From Candidatus Syntropharchaeum caldarium (GTDB lineage Archaea; Halobacteriota; Syntropharchaeia; Syntropharchaeales; Syntropharchaeaceae): a stretch of 32,000 bases of DNA. A program made the translations under genes and the position numbers. The DNA lies in contig LYOS01000001.1 in assembly GCA_001766815.1 (NCBI GenBank), positions 330,001-362,000 of the forward strand, in the 5' to 3' direction. This document shows positions 8,786 through 18,211 of the stretch, piece by piece. The notes beneath the pieces are model-generated. The model did not search any database. It was not told the DNA's origin and saw only the letters and a list, made by a program, of their open reading frames with translations. Every line of letters begins with the position of its first letter. The first letter of the stretch is position 1.

Positions 8786-9568
8786 TTATCCCCCTATAAG
8801 TTTCATCTTTTCCATAATCTCTCGCACCGCAAGAACCGCTGGAGAATCAGCTGGGAGGTCAATAAGAGGTTTTCCCACCCTATCAAATGCTTTGACGTTT
8901 TCATCCTGTGGTACAACCCCTGCAAGTTCAATCCCGATCTCCTTTATCTTGTCCTCAAAAAACGCCCGGTCCTCATCAGTTGCTTTGTTCAATATGAGGT
9001 AGATCTGGTCAAAAGAGATTTCGAGCTGATCCGAGATCTCCTTTATCACACCCGCGGTCTTCACCCCACGCATCGTTGGATCAGAGACAACAACGAGCGT
9101 ATCAACGTCTCGCATCGTCCTGCGACTTAAGTGCTCAAGCCCTGCCTCACAGTCAATTACCACAGTCTCAAAGCGCTTTGAGAATCGATCAATGGCATGG
9201 CGGAGTATATCATTGATCAAACAGTAACACCCCGGACCCTCTGATCTCCCCATCGTAAGCAGTGAGAAGTCTGGTGTGTTTATCAGAAGCTCCCCGATCT
9301 TTTTTTCAAGCATCATATCGGTTGGCATCGACTCATCAAAAGGTATAGCACTGGGACGAGCAATCTCTTCTCTCAGATCTCCTATCGTGCGCTTAACCTC
9401 TATCCCGAGGGCCGCGGGCAAACTTGAAGCTGGATCTGCATCAATCGCAAGCGGCACATCCACTTCTGATAAAAACCTGACAAAGAGCGTGGAGATTACG
9501 GTCTTTCCAGTCCCACCCTTGCCGGTTACTGCGATTATCTTACCTCTATCGGGCATAACATCACTCAC
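8786..9568 (-). CDS. CooC-like SIMIBI-class P-loop ATPase (Ni-insertion accessory / MinD-ParA family)
   Basis: The deviant Walker A is GKGGTGKT. The CxC motif GPGCYC matches the CooC metal-bridging motif. The GTG start at 9568 overlaps the EF-2 TGA. An alternative ATG lies at 9556. Confidence 0.65.
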   Translation of the reverse strand: MSDVMPDRGKIIAVTGKGGTGKTVISTLFVRFLSEVDVPLAIDADPASSLPAALGIEVKRTIGDLREEIARPSAIPFDESMPTDMMLEKKIGELLINTPDFSLLTMGRSEGPGCYCLINDILRHAIDRFSKRFETVVIDCEAGLEHLSRRTMRDVDTLVVVSDPTMRGVKTAGVIKEISDQLEISFDQIYLILNKATDEDRAFFEDKIKEIGIELAGVVPQDENVKAFDRVGKPLIDLPADSPAVLAVREIMEKMKLIGG

Positions 9569-11754
9569 TTGGGCAGGTAATCGCTTGCTTTTGGGATCTC
9601 AGCCTTCAAGCCTTTTCGTTTACGGATTTCTTTTATTAGGTCGGGAACGAGGTTCTGTGGTACACGTTCAAAACCTGCAAACTCCGTGCTCCAGAGTGCC
9701 CTCCCCTCGGTGGCACTTCGAATGTCACCAGAGAAACCAAAGAGCTCTGCAACAGGCGCCTTCGATTTTATGATCGTTAGATCACCCTCGCTCGACATAT
9801 CAAGGATCTGTCCACGCCGCCCCTGGATCACACGGGTCGCAGAACCCATCATCTGCTGTGGCGTACTGATATAAACCTCCTGTATCGGCTCGATCAGTGT
9901 TGGTTTTGCAGAGAGAATCGCCGCATACATCGCCTGTCTCACAGCAGGAATCACCTGAGCAGGTCCCCTGTGAACCGAGTCCTCATGGAGTTTCACATCA
10001 ACAAGCTTTGCATGTATGCCCTCGCATCGCTCCTCTGCGAGTGGTCCACGTTTCATTGCCTCATCAAAACCCTCGAGTATCAGTTCCATCGTCTCATGGA
10101 GGTACTGGACGCCTTTTGTCATATCGGTGAATATGTTCGCTCCAGAGATACCTGCAACACGTCTTGCCTCCTCCTTATCCATGCCAGTTGCCATCAGTTT
10201 CTCACGCCGTTCAAGCTCAGGCATCCGCATCGAGACCTCACCAGATTTGAGTAGATCTATAGTTGCCTGATTGAGCGGCTCAACCGTGATATAGAACCTG
10301 TTGTGTCTGTTTGGAGATTTACCCTCAACAGGACCGGCACTGGTTGTTATGCTCTCTCTGTAGACCACGATCGGAGGTGAGGTTACAATCGGTATATTCT
10401 TGTCGTGATTAATACGATAGGTCAGAATCTCAAGATGAAGCTCTCCCATGCCAGAGATCAGGTGCTCACCTGTCTCCTCATTGATCTCAACTTTCACGGT
10501 GGGATCTTCCTTTGAGATCTGGCGTAAAACCTCGATGAGCTTTGGTAGATCCTTCATCTGCTTCGCCTCAACCGCCACGGTCATAACAGGCTCGCTTGCA
10601 TGCTTGATACTTTCAAAGGGCACCATATCAACCGAGGAGACCGTAGATCCAACGATCGCGTCCTTGATGCCTGTGACTGCAACGATATTCCCAGCAGGGA
10701 TTTTCTCAACCTCTACACGCTCAGCACCCATGAAGATTCCAACCTGCTGTACTCTGTTTGGTCTGGGCATTCCCGAAACTTTTAGCTCCATTCCACGCTC
10801 AAGTGTGCCTGAGAAGAGCCTGCCTGTTGCAACCTCGCCTGCATGTGGATCGATCGAGATATCTGTTACCATGAAAGCGACAGGACCGTTTCTGTCGACA
10901 TTTACCATCGCTTTCCCAACCTCATCTTCTATATTTCCATGCCAGATAACTTTAATACGATCCTTCTGCGCTTCAAGCGGATTTGGAAGGTGTTTTACCA
11001 CCATATCAAGTACAGCTATATAAAGTGGTGACTTCTCAGCAAGCTCCTTCATTTTATCATTTTTGCAGTACTCATAAACCTCGGGAAAACCGATTCCTGT
11101 CTTTTGCATGGTTGGTACGCTTACTGCCCAGTTGTAGAGGGCTGAGCCAAACGCCACAGTCCCATCAGCCGCGTCAACACGCCAGCCGGCCTTGTACTTC
11201 TCTTCATTCATGCCTTTAATCAGCTTGTTTACATTATCAATGACCTTTCCAAGCCTGATCTGCATCTCCTGCTTATCAACCTTGAGTTCATTGATCAGCC
11301 GGTCCACCTTGTTGACAAAGAGAACCGGGCGCACATTCTCTTTCAATGCCTGCCTCAAAACAGTCTCTGTCTGGGGCATCGTACCTTCAACAGCATCGAC
11401 AACAACAACTGCACCATCCACCGCCCTAAGCGCCCTTGTAACATCCCCTCCAAAGTCAACATGCCCGGGTGTATCGATCAGGTTGATCAAAAACTCCTCA
11501 TCCTCAACCTCGTGCACCATCGAGACGTTGGCCGAGTTGATCGTGATCCCTCGCTCCTGCTCCAGATCGTCATAGTCCATAAACAACTGTGTACCTGCAA
11601 GCTCCATCGAGATCATACCAGCTCCTGCGAGGAGGTTATCACTCAGTGTCGTCTTGCCATGATCAATATGAGCTACAATACCGATGTTTCTGATATTTTC
11701 AGGTTTATCCATCAGGTTTTTAACCCGTTCTACCATCTTTACACTTCTTGCCAT
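9565..11754 (-). CDS. fusA: Translation elongation factor 2 (aEF-2)
   Basis: G motifs [17 protein letters not shown] and NKVDR are present. The diphthamide-site region is [16 protein letters not shown]. The 729-aa length is typical for aEF-2. Confidence 0.97.
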   Translation of the reverse strand: MARSVKMVERVKNLMDKPENIRNIGIVAHIDHGKTTLSDNLLAGAGMISMELAGTQLFMDYDDLEQERGITINSANVSMVHEVEDEEFLINLIDTPGHVDFGGDVTRALRAVDGAVVVVDAVEGTMPQTETVLRQALKENVRPVLFVNKVDRLINELKVDKQEMQIRLGKVIDNVNKLIKGMNEEKYKAGWRVDAADGTVAFGSALYNWAVSVPTMQKTGIGFPEVYEYCKNDKMKELAEKSPLYIAVLDMVVKHLPNPLEAQKDRIKVIWHGNIEDEVGKAMVNVDRNGPVAFMVTDISIDPHAGEVATGRLFSGTLERGMELKVSGMPRPNRVQQVGIFMGAERVEVEKIPAGNIVAVTGIKDAIVGSTVSSVDMVPFESIKHASEPVMTVAVEAKQMKDLPKLIEVLRQISKEDPTVKVEINEETGEHLISGMGELHLEILTYRINHDKNIPIVTSPPIVVYRESITTSAGPVEGKSPNRHNRFYITVEPLNQATIDLLKSGEVSMRMPELERREKLMATGMDKEEARRVAGISGANIFTDMTKGVQYLHETMELILEGFDEAMKRGPLAEERCEGIHAKLVDVKLHEDSVHRGPAQVIPAVRQAMYAAILSAKPTLIEPIQEVYISTPQQMMGSATRVIQGRRGQILDMSSEGDLTIIKSKAPVAELFGFSGDIRSATEGRALWSTEFAGFERVPQNLVPDLIKEIRKRKGLKAEIPKASDYLPK

Positions 11755-11843
11755 CTCTGCACCTATCTAAGCTTTGGTAAATTTCGCTTCAAATATGGTA
11801 TTAAAGGTTTCGGTGGATTCAGGTATTTAACTTTTTTTGCAAT

Positions 11844-12371
11844 TCAGACCACTCCTATATAGGGCAGGTTTCTGAATTTTTCATCGAAATCAAGCCCATA
11901 CCCCACGATGAACTTATCAGGAATGGTAAATCCTACATACCTGATCTCAAGATCAACAACCCGCCTTGAGGGCTTATCAAGAAGCGCACAGACCTCAACA
12001 GATCGCACACCTCGCTTCTGCATATGAGACAGTAGATAATCCATTGTGATCCCTGTATCAACAATATCTTCAACGATGAGAAGATCTTTGCCCTCAAGGT
12101 CACTGGTTGTATCGAGTAACATCTCAACTTTTCCAGTTGTTTCTGTGCCCTGGTAACTCCTGAGCCTCACAAAATCACACCTCACAGGCAGAGAGAGCCT
12201 TCTCACAAGATCTGCCATGAAGACCCATGCGCCTTTGAGTACGCAAACTACAACAAGTTCGCGCGTTGCATAGTCCGAGGATATCTGTAAAGCAAGCTCG
12301 TTCACTTTCTTCTGGATTTCATCCTCTGTTATCAATGGTTCTGGAAGTGTGGTTCTTTTGTAACTTATCAC
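11844..12371 (-). CDS. hpt: Hypoxanthine/guanine phosphoribosyltransferase
   Basis: The PRPP-binding motif is LLIVEDIVDTGITM, and the C-terminus reads GYGLDFDEKFRNLPYIG. The start is GTG at 12371. Confidence 0.9.
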   Translation of the reverse strand: MISYKRTTLPEPLITEDEIQKKVNELALQISSDYATRELVVVCVLKGAWVFMADLVRRLSLPVRCDFVRLRSYQGTETTGKVEMLLDTTSDLEGKDLLIVEDIVDTGITMDYLLSHMQKRGVRSVEVCALLDKPSRRVVDLEIRYVGFTIPDKFIVGYGLDFDEKFRNLPYIGVV

Positions 12372-12491
12372 AGGGAATCCCTCTCTGAAGTTCTTCGACT
12401 GTGCTATCTAATATTTATTTCGCTTGTTTTGCAATTATATTATTGAGTCGATATAGCTTTATGGTAGAGGAGCATCACTATCCCTGTGAAT

Positions 12492-12971
12492 ATGACTGAT
12501 AATATGCGTAATGTGATCGGTGTCTGTGGTCATCATAACAGCGGCAAAACGACTCTCATCGTCGAGATCATCAAAGAGATGAAAAAAGAGGGTTACACAG
12601 TTGTGACCGTCAAGAATATTCCACGAACGTTCTCAATCGATACGGAAGGCAAGGATACGTCACGACATGCAGATGCCGGTGCTGTAGCGGTTGTTGCATC
12701 CTCAGCTAACGAGACCGCCATCATACTCAAAGAACAGATGGAACTTAAAAAAATCGTTGAGATCCTGAATGAGATTGCAAAGCCAGATCTGATCATTGTT
12801 GAAGGAAAAAAGGATGAAAAACAGATTCCAAAGATTGCAATAGGCGATATAGAGGCGGATGCAGAATTCAGGTATGAGGGTAACTTTACAGAACTCATCA
12901 GATGGATCAGGTCGTTTTTGGCATCTTCTGGTAGATCCTCTCTTTCCGGCGAACAGGCACAAAAAGATTAG
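12492..12971 (+). CDS. mobB: Molybdopterin-guanine dinucleotide biosynthesis adapter protein MobB
   Basis: VIGVCGHHNSGKTTL is a Walker A motif, and KDTSRHADAGA follows. Candidate starts are GTG 12486, ATG 12492 and ATG 12504, so the start is uncertain. The stop is TAG at 12969-12971. Confidence 0.8.
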   Translation: MTDNMRNVIGVCGHHNSGKTTLIVEIIKEMKKEGYTVVTVKNIPRTFSIDTEGKDTSRHADAGAVAVVASSANETAIILKEQMELKKIVEILNEIAKPDLIIVEGKKDEKQIPKIAIGDIEADAEFRYEGNFTELIRWIRSFLASSGRSSLSGEQAQKD

Positions 12972-13740
12972 TCGCTTCACCGATAAGCGTTTCACTCTTT
13001 CCGGTGACAAGATAGCCGCCATTTCTGAGGGCGTTGTAGAACTTCATGTAGAGCTGCTTCTGCTGATCCCTTGAGAAGTAGATGATAACATTTCGACAGA
13101 AGATCACATCACAGAATCTGATCGCACTTTCACGGATCATATCATGCTTGCGGAATTGAATCATCCGCTTCAAATCGCTGTTTATTCGATATAATTGGCC
13201 GTCCATTGTGAAATTGGTTCGGATCTCATAGGTACTCAGGTTCTTGAGTGCATCTCTTTTGTACAGCCCTGTTCTTGCTTTCGCCAGTGAACCCTCATCG
13301 ATATCTGTCGCCACGAACTTAACGATGATATCACCGTTCATGATGGCGGGTATCTTTCTGAGAAGGATGGCAATTGAGTATGGCTCTTCACCGCTTGAAC
13401 ATCCTGCACTCCAGATATTCAGCGTTTTATCTCCCCTGCTCACTTTTGCAGCGACCAGTTCTCTGAGAAAAGTAAAAAACGTGGTATAAACCTGTGGATC
13501 GCGCATAAATTCGGTGACATTAACCGTGAGCGTATCGATCAATGCATCATACTCTTGCTCTCTGGACTCGAGGATCTTTATGTAATCACTGTACGTCGTT
13601 ACAGCATTCGACCGCATTCGTATCGCAATCCGCCGTTGGAGGTACGAATCTTTATATTGATGACAGTCAAATCCAATGTCATTACTGATTTTATCTTTCA
13701 GACGCTCAAAGTACCTATTTTTGCCCCCCTTTACATCCAT
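12907..13740 (-). CDS. cheR: CheR-type protein-glutamate O-methyltransferase
   Basis: I start at ATG 13740 (MDVKGGKNRYFERLKDKISNDIGFDCHQYKDSYLQRRI..TEFMRDP). The SAM-binding region is NIWSAGCSSGEEPYSIAILL. The 108 codons upstream in the tracked ORF overlap the mbf1 gene and its promoter. Confidence 0.85.
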   Translation of the reverse strand: MDVKGGKNRYFERLKDKISNDIGFDCHQYKDSYLQRRIAIRMRSNAVTTYSDYIKILESREQEYDALIDTLTVNVTEFMRDPQVYTTFFTFLRELVAAKVSRGDKTLNIWSAGCSSGEEPYSIAILLRKIPAIMNGDIIVKFVATDIDEGSLAKARTGLYKRDALKNLSTYEIRTNFTMDGQLYRINSDLKRMIQFRKHDMIRESAIRFCDVIFCRNVIIYFSRDQQKQLYMKFYNALRNGGYLVTGKSETLIGEATNLFVPVRRKERIYQKMPKTT

Positions 13741-13763
13741 TATATATAATCCGCAACTCAAAA

Positions 13764-13773
13764 CTATAAATAG
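13764..13773. promoter_or_regulatory. Near-palindromic TATA element (CTATAAATAG) between divergent cheR and mbf1
   Basis: Its centre is ~28 nt from the cheR ATG, suggesting a leaderless transcript. It is ~54 nt from the mbf1 ATG. Confidence 0.35.
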
Positions 13774-13821
13774 CTTTTCAGCATTGATTAGAAATAGAGT
13801 AGGATACAAAAGGTTGATACT

Positions 13822-14289
13822 ATGCAGTGTGAGATGTGTGGTTCTGAAATTATTGGAAAGCCCAACCGAATTATAGTGGAGGGAACTGAGCTTGCAGTCT
13901 GTGGTGGCTGTGCACGATATGGTAAGGAGGTTAAAAGTAGCGAAACTAAAAACTTTTTTAGTGGTTTTAAAAGGGTAACAAAAGCAAAAAGAAGTATTTT
14001 TGATAGTATAAGTGACGAACTTGTCTCTGATTATGGTGCAAAGATCAGAATAGCTCGACAGCAACGAGGGTGGTCATCTGAAGAACTGGCGAAGAAAATC
14101 AACGAGAAAGAATCGCTCCTGAAGAAGGTCGAACGAGAGGATATTACACCTGAAGATGCGCTGATAAAGAAGCTTGAATCTGTGCTCTCGATTGAGTTGA
14201 CGGAGGGGATAACGGAGGCGAATGTGAGTGGGAAAAAAGGCAGAAGTACGCTTACACTTGGTGATGTTGTGAATGTTAAGCGGAAGTGA
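13822..14289 (+). CDS. mbf1: Multiprotein bridging factor 1 (zinc ribbon + XRE-type HTH)
   Basis: The N-terminal zinc ribbon is CEMCG..CGGC. The C-terminal HTH is IRIARQQRGWSSEELAKKINEKESLLKKVERED. Confidence 0.85.
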   Translation: MQCEMCGSEIIGKPNRIIVEGTELAVCGGCARYGKEVKSSETKNFFSGFKRVTKAKRSIFDSISDELVSDYGAKIRIARQQRGWSSEELAKKINEKESLLKKVEREDITPEDALIKKLESVLSIELTEGITEANVSGKKGRSTLTLGDVVNVKRK

Positions 14290-14692
14290 AGCCTGTGAAT
14301 ACTCGCAGCATTATTGCTGACACAATTATACAGACCGAAACAGCAGATAGAAGCAGATTGAATGAAGGTGGATCTTCAAAAATGCTTATGACCCCACCAA
14401 TCAGGCTTAAAACGATAAACGAAACGATTACAGCAAAGATCCCCCCTCCAACTATCGTATTGAGATCTTCCTCCTGATTCAGGATTGCCGTACCGATGAC
14501 AAAAGTGATCGCAAGAGTCAGGAGAAGGTAGTGGGTTGGAATTGGCATTCTGCCCATTGCTATTGCTCTGATTCCAAACGCGATTGTTACCATGAGGAGA
14601 GCAAGCACGATCGAGACTACAAGTGGGATTTTGACTCGATTAAGTAATGTGACCTCAATCAAGCTCCATCGCTCTCCGCTCAAGCTCACCAT
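14276..14692 (-). CDS. Small integral membrane protein (3-4 TM segments), function unknown
   Basis: It has hydrophobic segments such as IPLVVSIVLALLMVTIAFGI, LLLTLAITFVIGTAIL and IFAVIVSFIVLSLIGGVI. The ATG at 14692 overlaps the xseB 3' end by 38 nt, so the start is uncertain. Confidence 0.5.
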   Translation of the reverse strand: MVSLSGERWSLIEVTLLNRVKIPLVVSIVLALLMVTIAFGIRAIAMGRMPIPTHYLLLTLAITFVIGTAILNQEEDLNTIVGGGIFAVIVSFIVLSLIGGVISIFEDPPSFNLLLSAVSVCIIVSAIMLRVFTGFTSA

Positions 14693-14915
14693 TCTTCCCC
14701 CGTATCAATACTTCGAGTCGCTTCTCGATCGAATCGAGTTTGTTGTTGCAGATCCTGGATAATCTGACGCCTTCTTCAAAGATCTCAAGGGATTCCTCAA
14801 GTGGTAGATCTCCTTCTTCAAGTAGCTTTGCGATCTCCTCAAGTCGTTTCATGGCATCCTCAAATGTGAACGCATCTTCGTCATCTGTTCCCTCTTTGAC
14901 ATCTGCAGTCATCAT
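14655..14915 (-). CDS. xseB: Exodeoxyribonuclease VII small subunit
   Basis: FEDAMKRLEEIAKLLEEGDLPLEESLEIFEEGVRLSRICNNKL matches the XseB helical hairpin signature. The tracked start at 14918 is a TTG. The first ATG is at 14915. Confidence 0.8.
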   Translation of the reverse strand: MMTADVKEGTDDEDAFTFEDAMKRLEEIAKLLEEGDLPLEESLEIFEEGVRLSRICNNKLDSIEKRLEVLIRGKNGELERRAMELD

Positions 14916-14952
14916 CAAACCCCATCCATCACAACTACTTCAATCAAAACCC

Positions 14953-14959
14953 TTTAAAT
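14953..14959 (+). promoter_or_regulatory. TATA-like box (TTTAAAT) about 26 nt upstream of the proS ATG
   Basis: The spacing fits the archaeal TATA-to-TSS distance, which implies a leaderless proS mRNA. Confidence 0.35.
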
Positions 14960-14981
14960 CATTTGTGACCTATGAATAATT

Positions 14982-16397
14982 ATGTCAGGGAAGGAAGAGA
15001 ACTTCAGTGAATGGTACAACGAGATACTGCAGAGCGCAGAGATCATGGATGTCAGATACCCTGTAAAAGGACTTTATGTCTGGTATCCATTCGGTTTTTC
15101 ACTGAGAAGGCAGGTATATGATTTTTTAAGGTCGCTGCTTGATCGCGATCACAAGGAAACACTCTTCCCGATGCTTGTGCCTGAACAGGAGTTTATGAAA
15201 GAGGCAGAACACATAAAAGGCTTCGAGAATGAAGTTTACTGGGTCACGAAGGGTGGTATGAACGAACTTGATGTTCCGCTTGTCCTGAGACCAACCTCTG
15301 AGACTGCGATCTACCCAATCTTCAAGCTCTGGATTCGTTCACATGCCGACCTGCCGATCAGGATTTATCAGATCGTAAACACCTTCCGTCATGAGACAAA
15401 GCACACCCGCCCCCTGATTCGTCTGCGAGAGATCACATCATTCAAAGAGGCACACACAGCCCATGCAACATGGGAAGATGCAGAAAAACAGGTAAAAGAT
15501 GCTGTCTCACTTTATAAGGAATTTTTTACGATGCTTGCTATCCCTTTTTTAATAACAAGACGACCCGACTGGGATAAATTCCCGGGCGCGGAGTACACGA
15601 TCGCATTTGATACACTGATGCCTGATGGTCGAACGCTCCAGATAGGGACGATCCATAACCTTGGCGAGAACTTTGCCCATACATTTGATATCCGTTATGA
15701 AGATCCGGAGGGAAAACAGCAGTTCATCAACCAGACCTGCTATGGTATCTCTGAAAGGTGCATAGCAGCCCTCATCTCGGTGCATGGCGATGATAAAGGA
15801 CTTGTACTACCACCAGCGGTTGCGCCCCACCAGGTTGTTATTGTGCCGATCGTCTTCTCGGATAAACGCAAGGAGGAGGTTCTTGATGCTGCATGTACCC
15901 TGCGCAGGCTCCTTGAGGATGAGGGGATTCGGGTCGTACTTGATGATCGTGATGAGCGCCCGGGCGCAAAGTATTATCACTGGGAACACAGGGGAGTCCC
16001 ACTCAGGGTTGAGATTGGTCCAAAAGACCTCGATGAAGGCGTATACACACTTGCAAGGAGGGACGGCAGACCAAAATCAAAGATCGAAAGTGATAAGATC
16101 CTTGATGGCATAAAAGAGGCTTTTGAAGAGATTACAGAATCAATCCAGCAAGCCGCCGAGAAGTCATTTCGATCACGGATCACGGGCTGTTCCACACTTG
16201 AGGAGGTTGAGACTGCACTCAAGCGAGGTGTTGCAAGGATCTACTGGTGTGGGAACCCTGAATGCGGGCATGAAATTGAAGATCAGCTTGACCTGAGCAT
16301 TCTTGGGCTGAGCGAGGAGGAGAAGGAGGATCGTGGACCCTGTATAATCTGTTCAAAAAGTGATGCCAGGGTCTCTTATCTCGCAAGGACGTTCTAA
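14982..16397 (+). CDS. proS: Prolyl-tRNA synthetase (archaeal/eukaryotic type)
   Basis: The N-terminus is [23 protein letters not shown]. The class II core includes RPTSET and FRHE. A C-terminal zinc-binding tail reads [15 protein letters not shown]. The protein is 471 aa. Confidence 0.95.
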   Translation: MSGKEENFSEWYNEILQSAEIMDVRYPVKGLYVWYPFGFSLRRQVYDFLRSLLDRDHKETLFPMLVPEQEFMKEAEHIKGFENEVYWVTKGGMNELDVPLVLRPTSETAIYPIFKLWIRSHADLPIRIYQIVNTFRHETKHTRPLIRLREITSFKEAHTAHATWEDAEKQVKDAVSLYKEFFTMLAIPFLITRRPDWDKFPGAEYTIAFDTLMPDGRTLQIGTIHNLGENFAHTFDIRYEDPEGKQQFINQTCYGISERCIAALISVHGDDKGLVLPPAVAPHQVVIVPIVFSDKRKEEVLDAACTLRRLLEDEGIRVVLDDRDERPGAKYYHWEHRGVPLRVEIGPKDLDEGVYTLARRDGRPKSKIESDKILDGIKEAFEEITESIQQAAEKSFRSRITGCSTLEEVETALKRGVARIYWCGNPECGHEIEDQLDLSILGLSEEEKEDRGPCIICSKSDARVSYLARTF

Positions 16398-17553
16398 GGT
16401 GAGGTCAGGAGACGGGAGGATACACCTTCTTGCTCTGACCATATTCATCGTGATGGTTGGGGTGGGGATCATTGCACCGATACTTCCGCTCTATGCAGAT
16501 AGCCTTGGTGCAACAGGGTTCTGGATCGGTTTTATATATGCGGGCTTTGCCATCTCTCGCACAATCTTCATGCCCATAATCGGGAGGTTATCGGATCAGA
16601 GGGGGCGAAAGTTATTCATAACGCTCGGGCTTCTGCTATACGGTTTCATATCACTCGGCTATGTCTACTCACGAAACGTCTATGAACTCGCGGGCGTGCG
16701 GCTTATAAGTGGGTTTGGATCCGCGATGGTGACACCGATCGCCTTTGCATACGCCGCAGAGGTTGCACCCATGGACGGAGAAGGACGGGTCTTCGGCGAG
16801 ATGGGAATGGCGCTTGCTGTCGGTATTGGGATCGGAGTCCTCATAGGAGGTTTACTCTCTGATCACTTTGGGATGGCAGTTCCGTTCTATACGCTGGGTG
16901 TGCTATCGACATTCACACTGATACTCGTTCTCTGGCGTCTCCCGAACCAGCGCAGCGAGATACAGAGTGACGTCAGTCGTGGGAGTAACCTCAGAAAAAT
17001 TCTCAGATACGATCTTGTAAAAGGTGTCTGTGTATTCAGATTTGTAAGCGCCTTCTCGATAGGTGCGATCATGTCATTCATCCCGATCTATGCAGCGGGA
17101 CTTGAAATAACACCTGCTGGCATCGGTATCCTCCTCTCAGTAAATATCGTGCTCGCAGGACTTTTTCAGCCGTTCTTCGGGTCATTTGCAGATCGAAGAA
17201 ACAGGGTGCAGCTTGTATTTTGGGGGAATATCATCTTCTCAGTCGCACTGTTACTGGTCCCCTATGCAGGAAGTTTCAGGAGCCTCCTCATTTTGAACTT
17301 CATCATGGGAACAGGTGGTGCGATAGCGCTCCCTGCATCACTTACAATGCTGACAGATATTGGACGAGAGGAGGGCATGGGATCGATACTTGGTGTATAT
17401 AACAGTGCCATGAGTCTTGGGATGGCAACAGGACCGATCGTTGCTGGTGTTGTTATGGATATGATCGGTGTCAGTCAGATCTTTACGCTATCTGCTGTGA
17501 TCTCGATAATCGGAAGCCTTTACTTTCTGGGGAGGGCTACCTGTGCGAAGTAA
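16363..17553 (+). CDS. MFS transporter
   Basis: It is a multi-spanning hydrophobic protein with MFS motif [11 protein letters not shown]. Candidate starts are GTG 16360, ATG 16363 (overlapping the proS 3' end) and GTG 16399 (2 nt after the proS stop). Confidence 0.85.
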   Translation: MPGSLISQGRSKVRSGDGRIHLLALTIFIVMVGVGIIAPILPLYADSLGATGFWIGFIYAGFAISRTIFMPIIGRLSDQRGRKLFITLGLLLYGFISLGYVYSRNVYELAGVRLISGFGSAMVTPIAFAYAAEVAPMDGEGRVFGEMGMALAVGIGIGVLIGGLLSDHFGMAVPFYTLGVLSTFTLILVLWRLPNQRSEIQSDVSRGSNLRKILRYDLVKGVCVFRFVSAFSIGAIMSFIPIYAAGLEITPAGIGILLSVNIVLAGLFQPFFGSFADRRNRVQLVFWGNIIFSVALLLVPYAGSFRSLLILNFIMGTGGAIALPASLTMLTDIGREEGMGSILGVYNSAMSLGMATGPIVAGVVMDMIGVSQIFTLSAVISIIGSLYFLGRATCAK

Positions 17554-18127
17554 GCGACTCACAACCCGCGATCTGATCACTCAAAATTACCGTGTATGGA
17601 GTCCAAAGCGGAGCAAACTCGCATCTGCGATACTCAAAGGACTGAAACTTCCGATAGATAGAACTTCAAGCGTGCTTTATCTCGGTGCATCAACAGGCAC
17701 AACTGCAGGTCATCTCTCTGATATTCTCACAGAGGGCATTCTGTATGTTGTTGAATTTGCAAAAAAACCTATGCGGGAGCTTATCAAGATCTGTGAGGCA
17801 AGATATAACATGATACCCATCTTTGAGGATGCAAATCACCCTGAGCGATATACCGGGATCGTGGATGAGGTCGATATGATCTACCAGGATATTGCACAGC
17901 GTAATCAGGCAGAGATACTGATCAAGAACGCAGATTATTTTTTAAAGATGAGAGGGTGGGTTATTCTTGCTATAAAGGCAAGAAGCATTGACATATCCAG
18001 ATCATCTTCTGAGATATTTTCTACTGAACTTGAGAAGCTCTCTGAGGTTTTTGAGATCGATGCAACCTTTGATCTCTCACCCGGGCACAGAGATCATCTG
18101 ATGGTTGTGGGTAGATCTCGGATTTAG
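17543..18127 (+). CDS. flpA: Fibrillarin-like rRNA/tRNA 2'-O-methyltransferase with a shortened N-terminus
   Basis: Conserved segments include YRVWSPKRSKLASAILKGL, VLYLGASTGTTAGHLSDI, YVVEFA, IPIFEDANHPERY, VDMIYQDIAQRNQAEIL and KARSID. The GTG start at 17543 is the only start codon after the in-frame TAA at 17507-17509, and it overlaps the MFS stop. Confidence 0.8.
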   Translation: MRSKRLTTRDLITQNYRVWSPKRSKLASAILKGLKLPIDRTSSVLYLGASTGTTAGHLSDILTEGILYVVEFAKKPMRELIKICEARYNMIPIFEDANHPERYTGIVDEVDMIYQDIAQRNQAEILIKNADYFLKMRGWVILAIKARSIDISRSSSEIFSTELEKLSEVFEIDATFDLSPGHRDHLMVVGRSRI

Positions 18128-18140
18128 TAATATCAAAAAG

Positions 18141-18148
18141 TTTATAAG
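18141..18148 (+). promoter_or_regulatory. TATA box (TTTATAAG) for the Ni/Co uptake operon
   Basis: It sits in an AT-rich 84-nt spacer and is preceded by an A-rich BRE-like tract. It is followed by the SD AAGGAGTG (18197-18204), with GGAG ending 9 nt before the ATG at 18212. Confidence 0.4.
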
Positions 18149-18211
18149 TAGTAAAAAATAGTCATACATCTGCAAATACTTTGCTAAAAGGTAACTAAGG
18201 AGTGGTTTTGT

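Noticed and set aside
9565-11754. Suspicion that this is a divergent aEF-2 paralogue, because it is not next to rps12/rps7
   Set aside because: The protein is full length (729 aa) with intact G motifs ([18 protein letters not shown]) and the diphthamide-site HRG region. Nothing in the sequence suggests a degenerate paralogue, so only the context is unusual.
13741-14064. 108-codon N-terminal extension of the cheR ORF in the track (start at 14064)
   Set aside because: The extension is hydrophobic and low-information and overlaps the mbf1 coding region and the divergent promoter. The CheR homology begins at MDVKGG (ATG 13740), and a TATA box sits ~28 nt upstream of that ATG.
18128-18211. Possible riboswitch (cobalamin or NiCo) upstream of the Ni/Co uptake operon
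   Set aside because: The spacer is only 84 nt and AT-rich. It is already accounted for by a TATA box and an SD, and it is too short and unstructured for those riboswitch classes.
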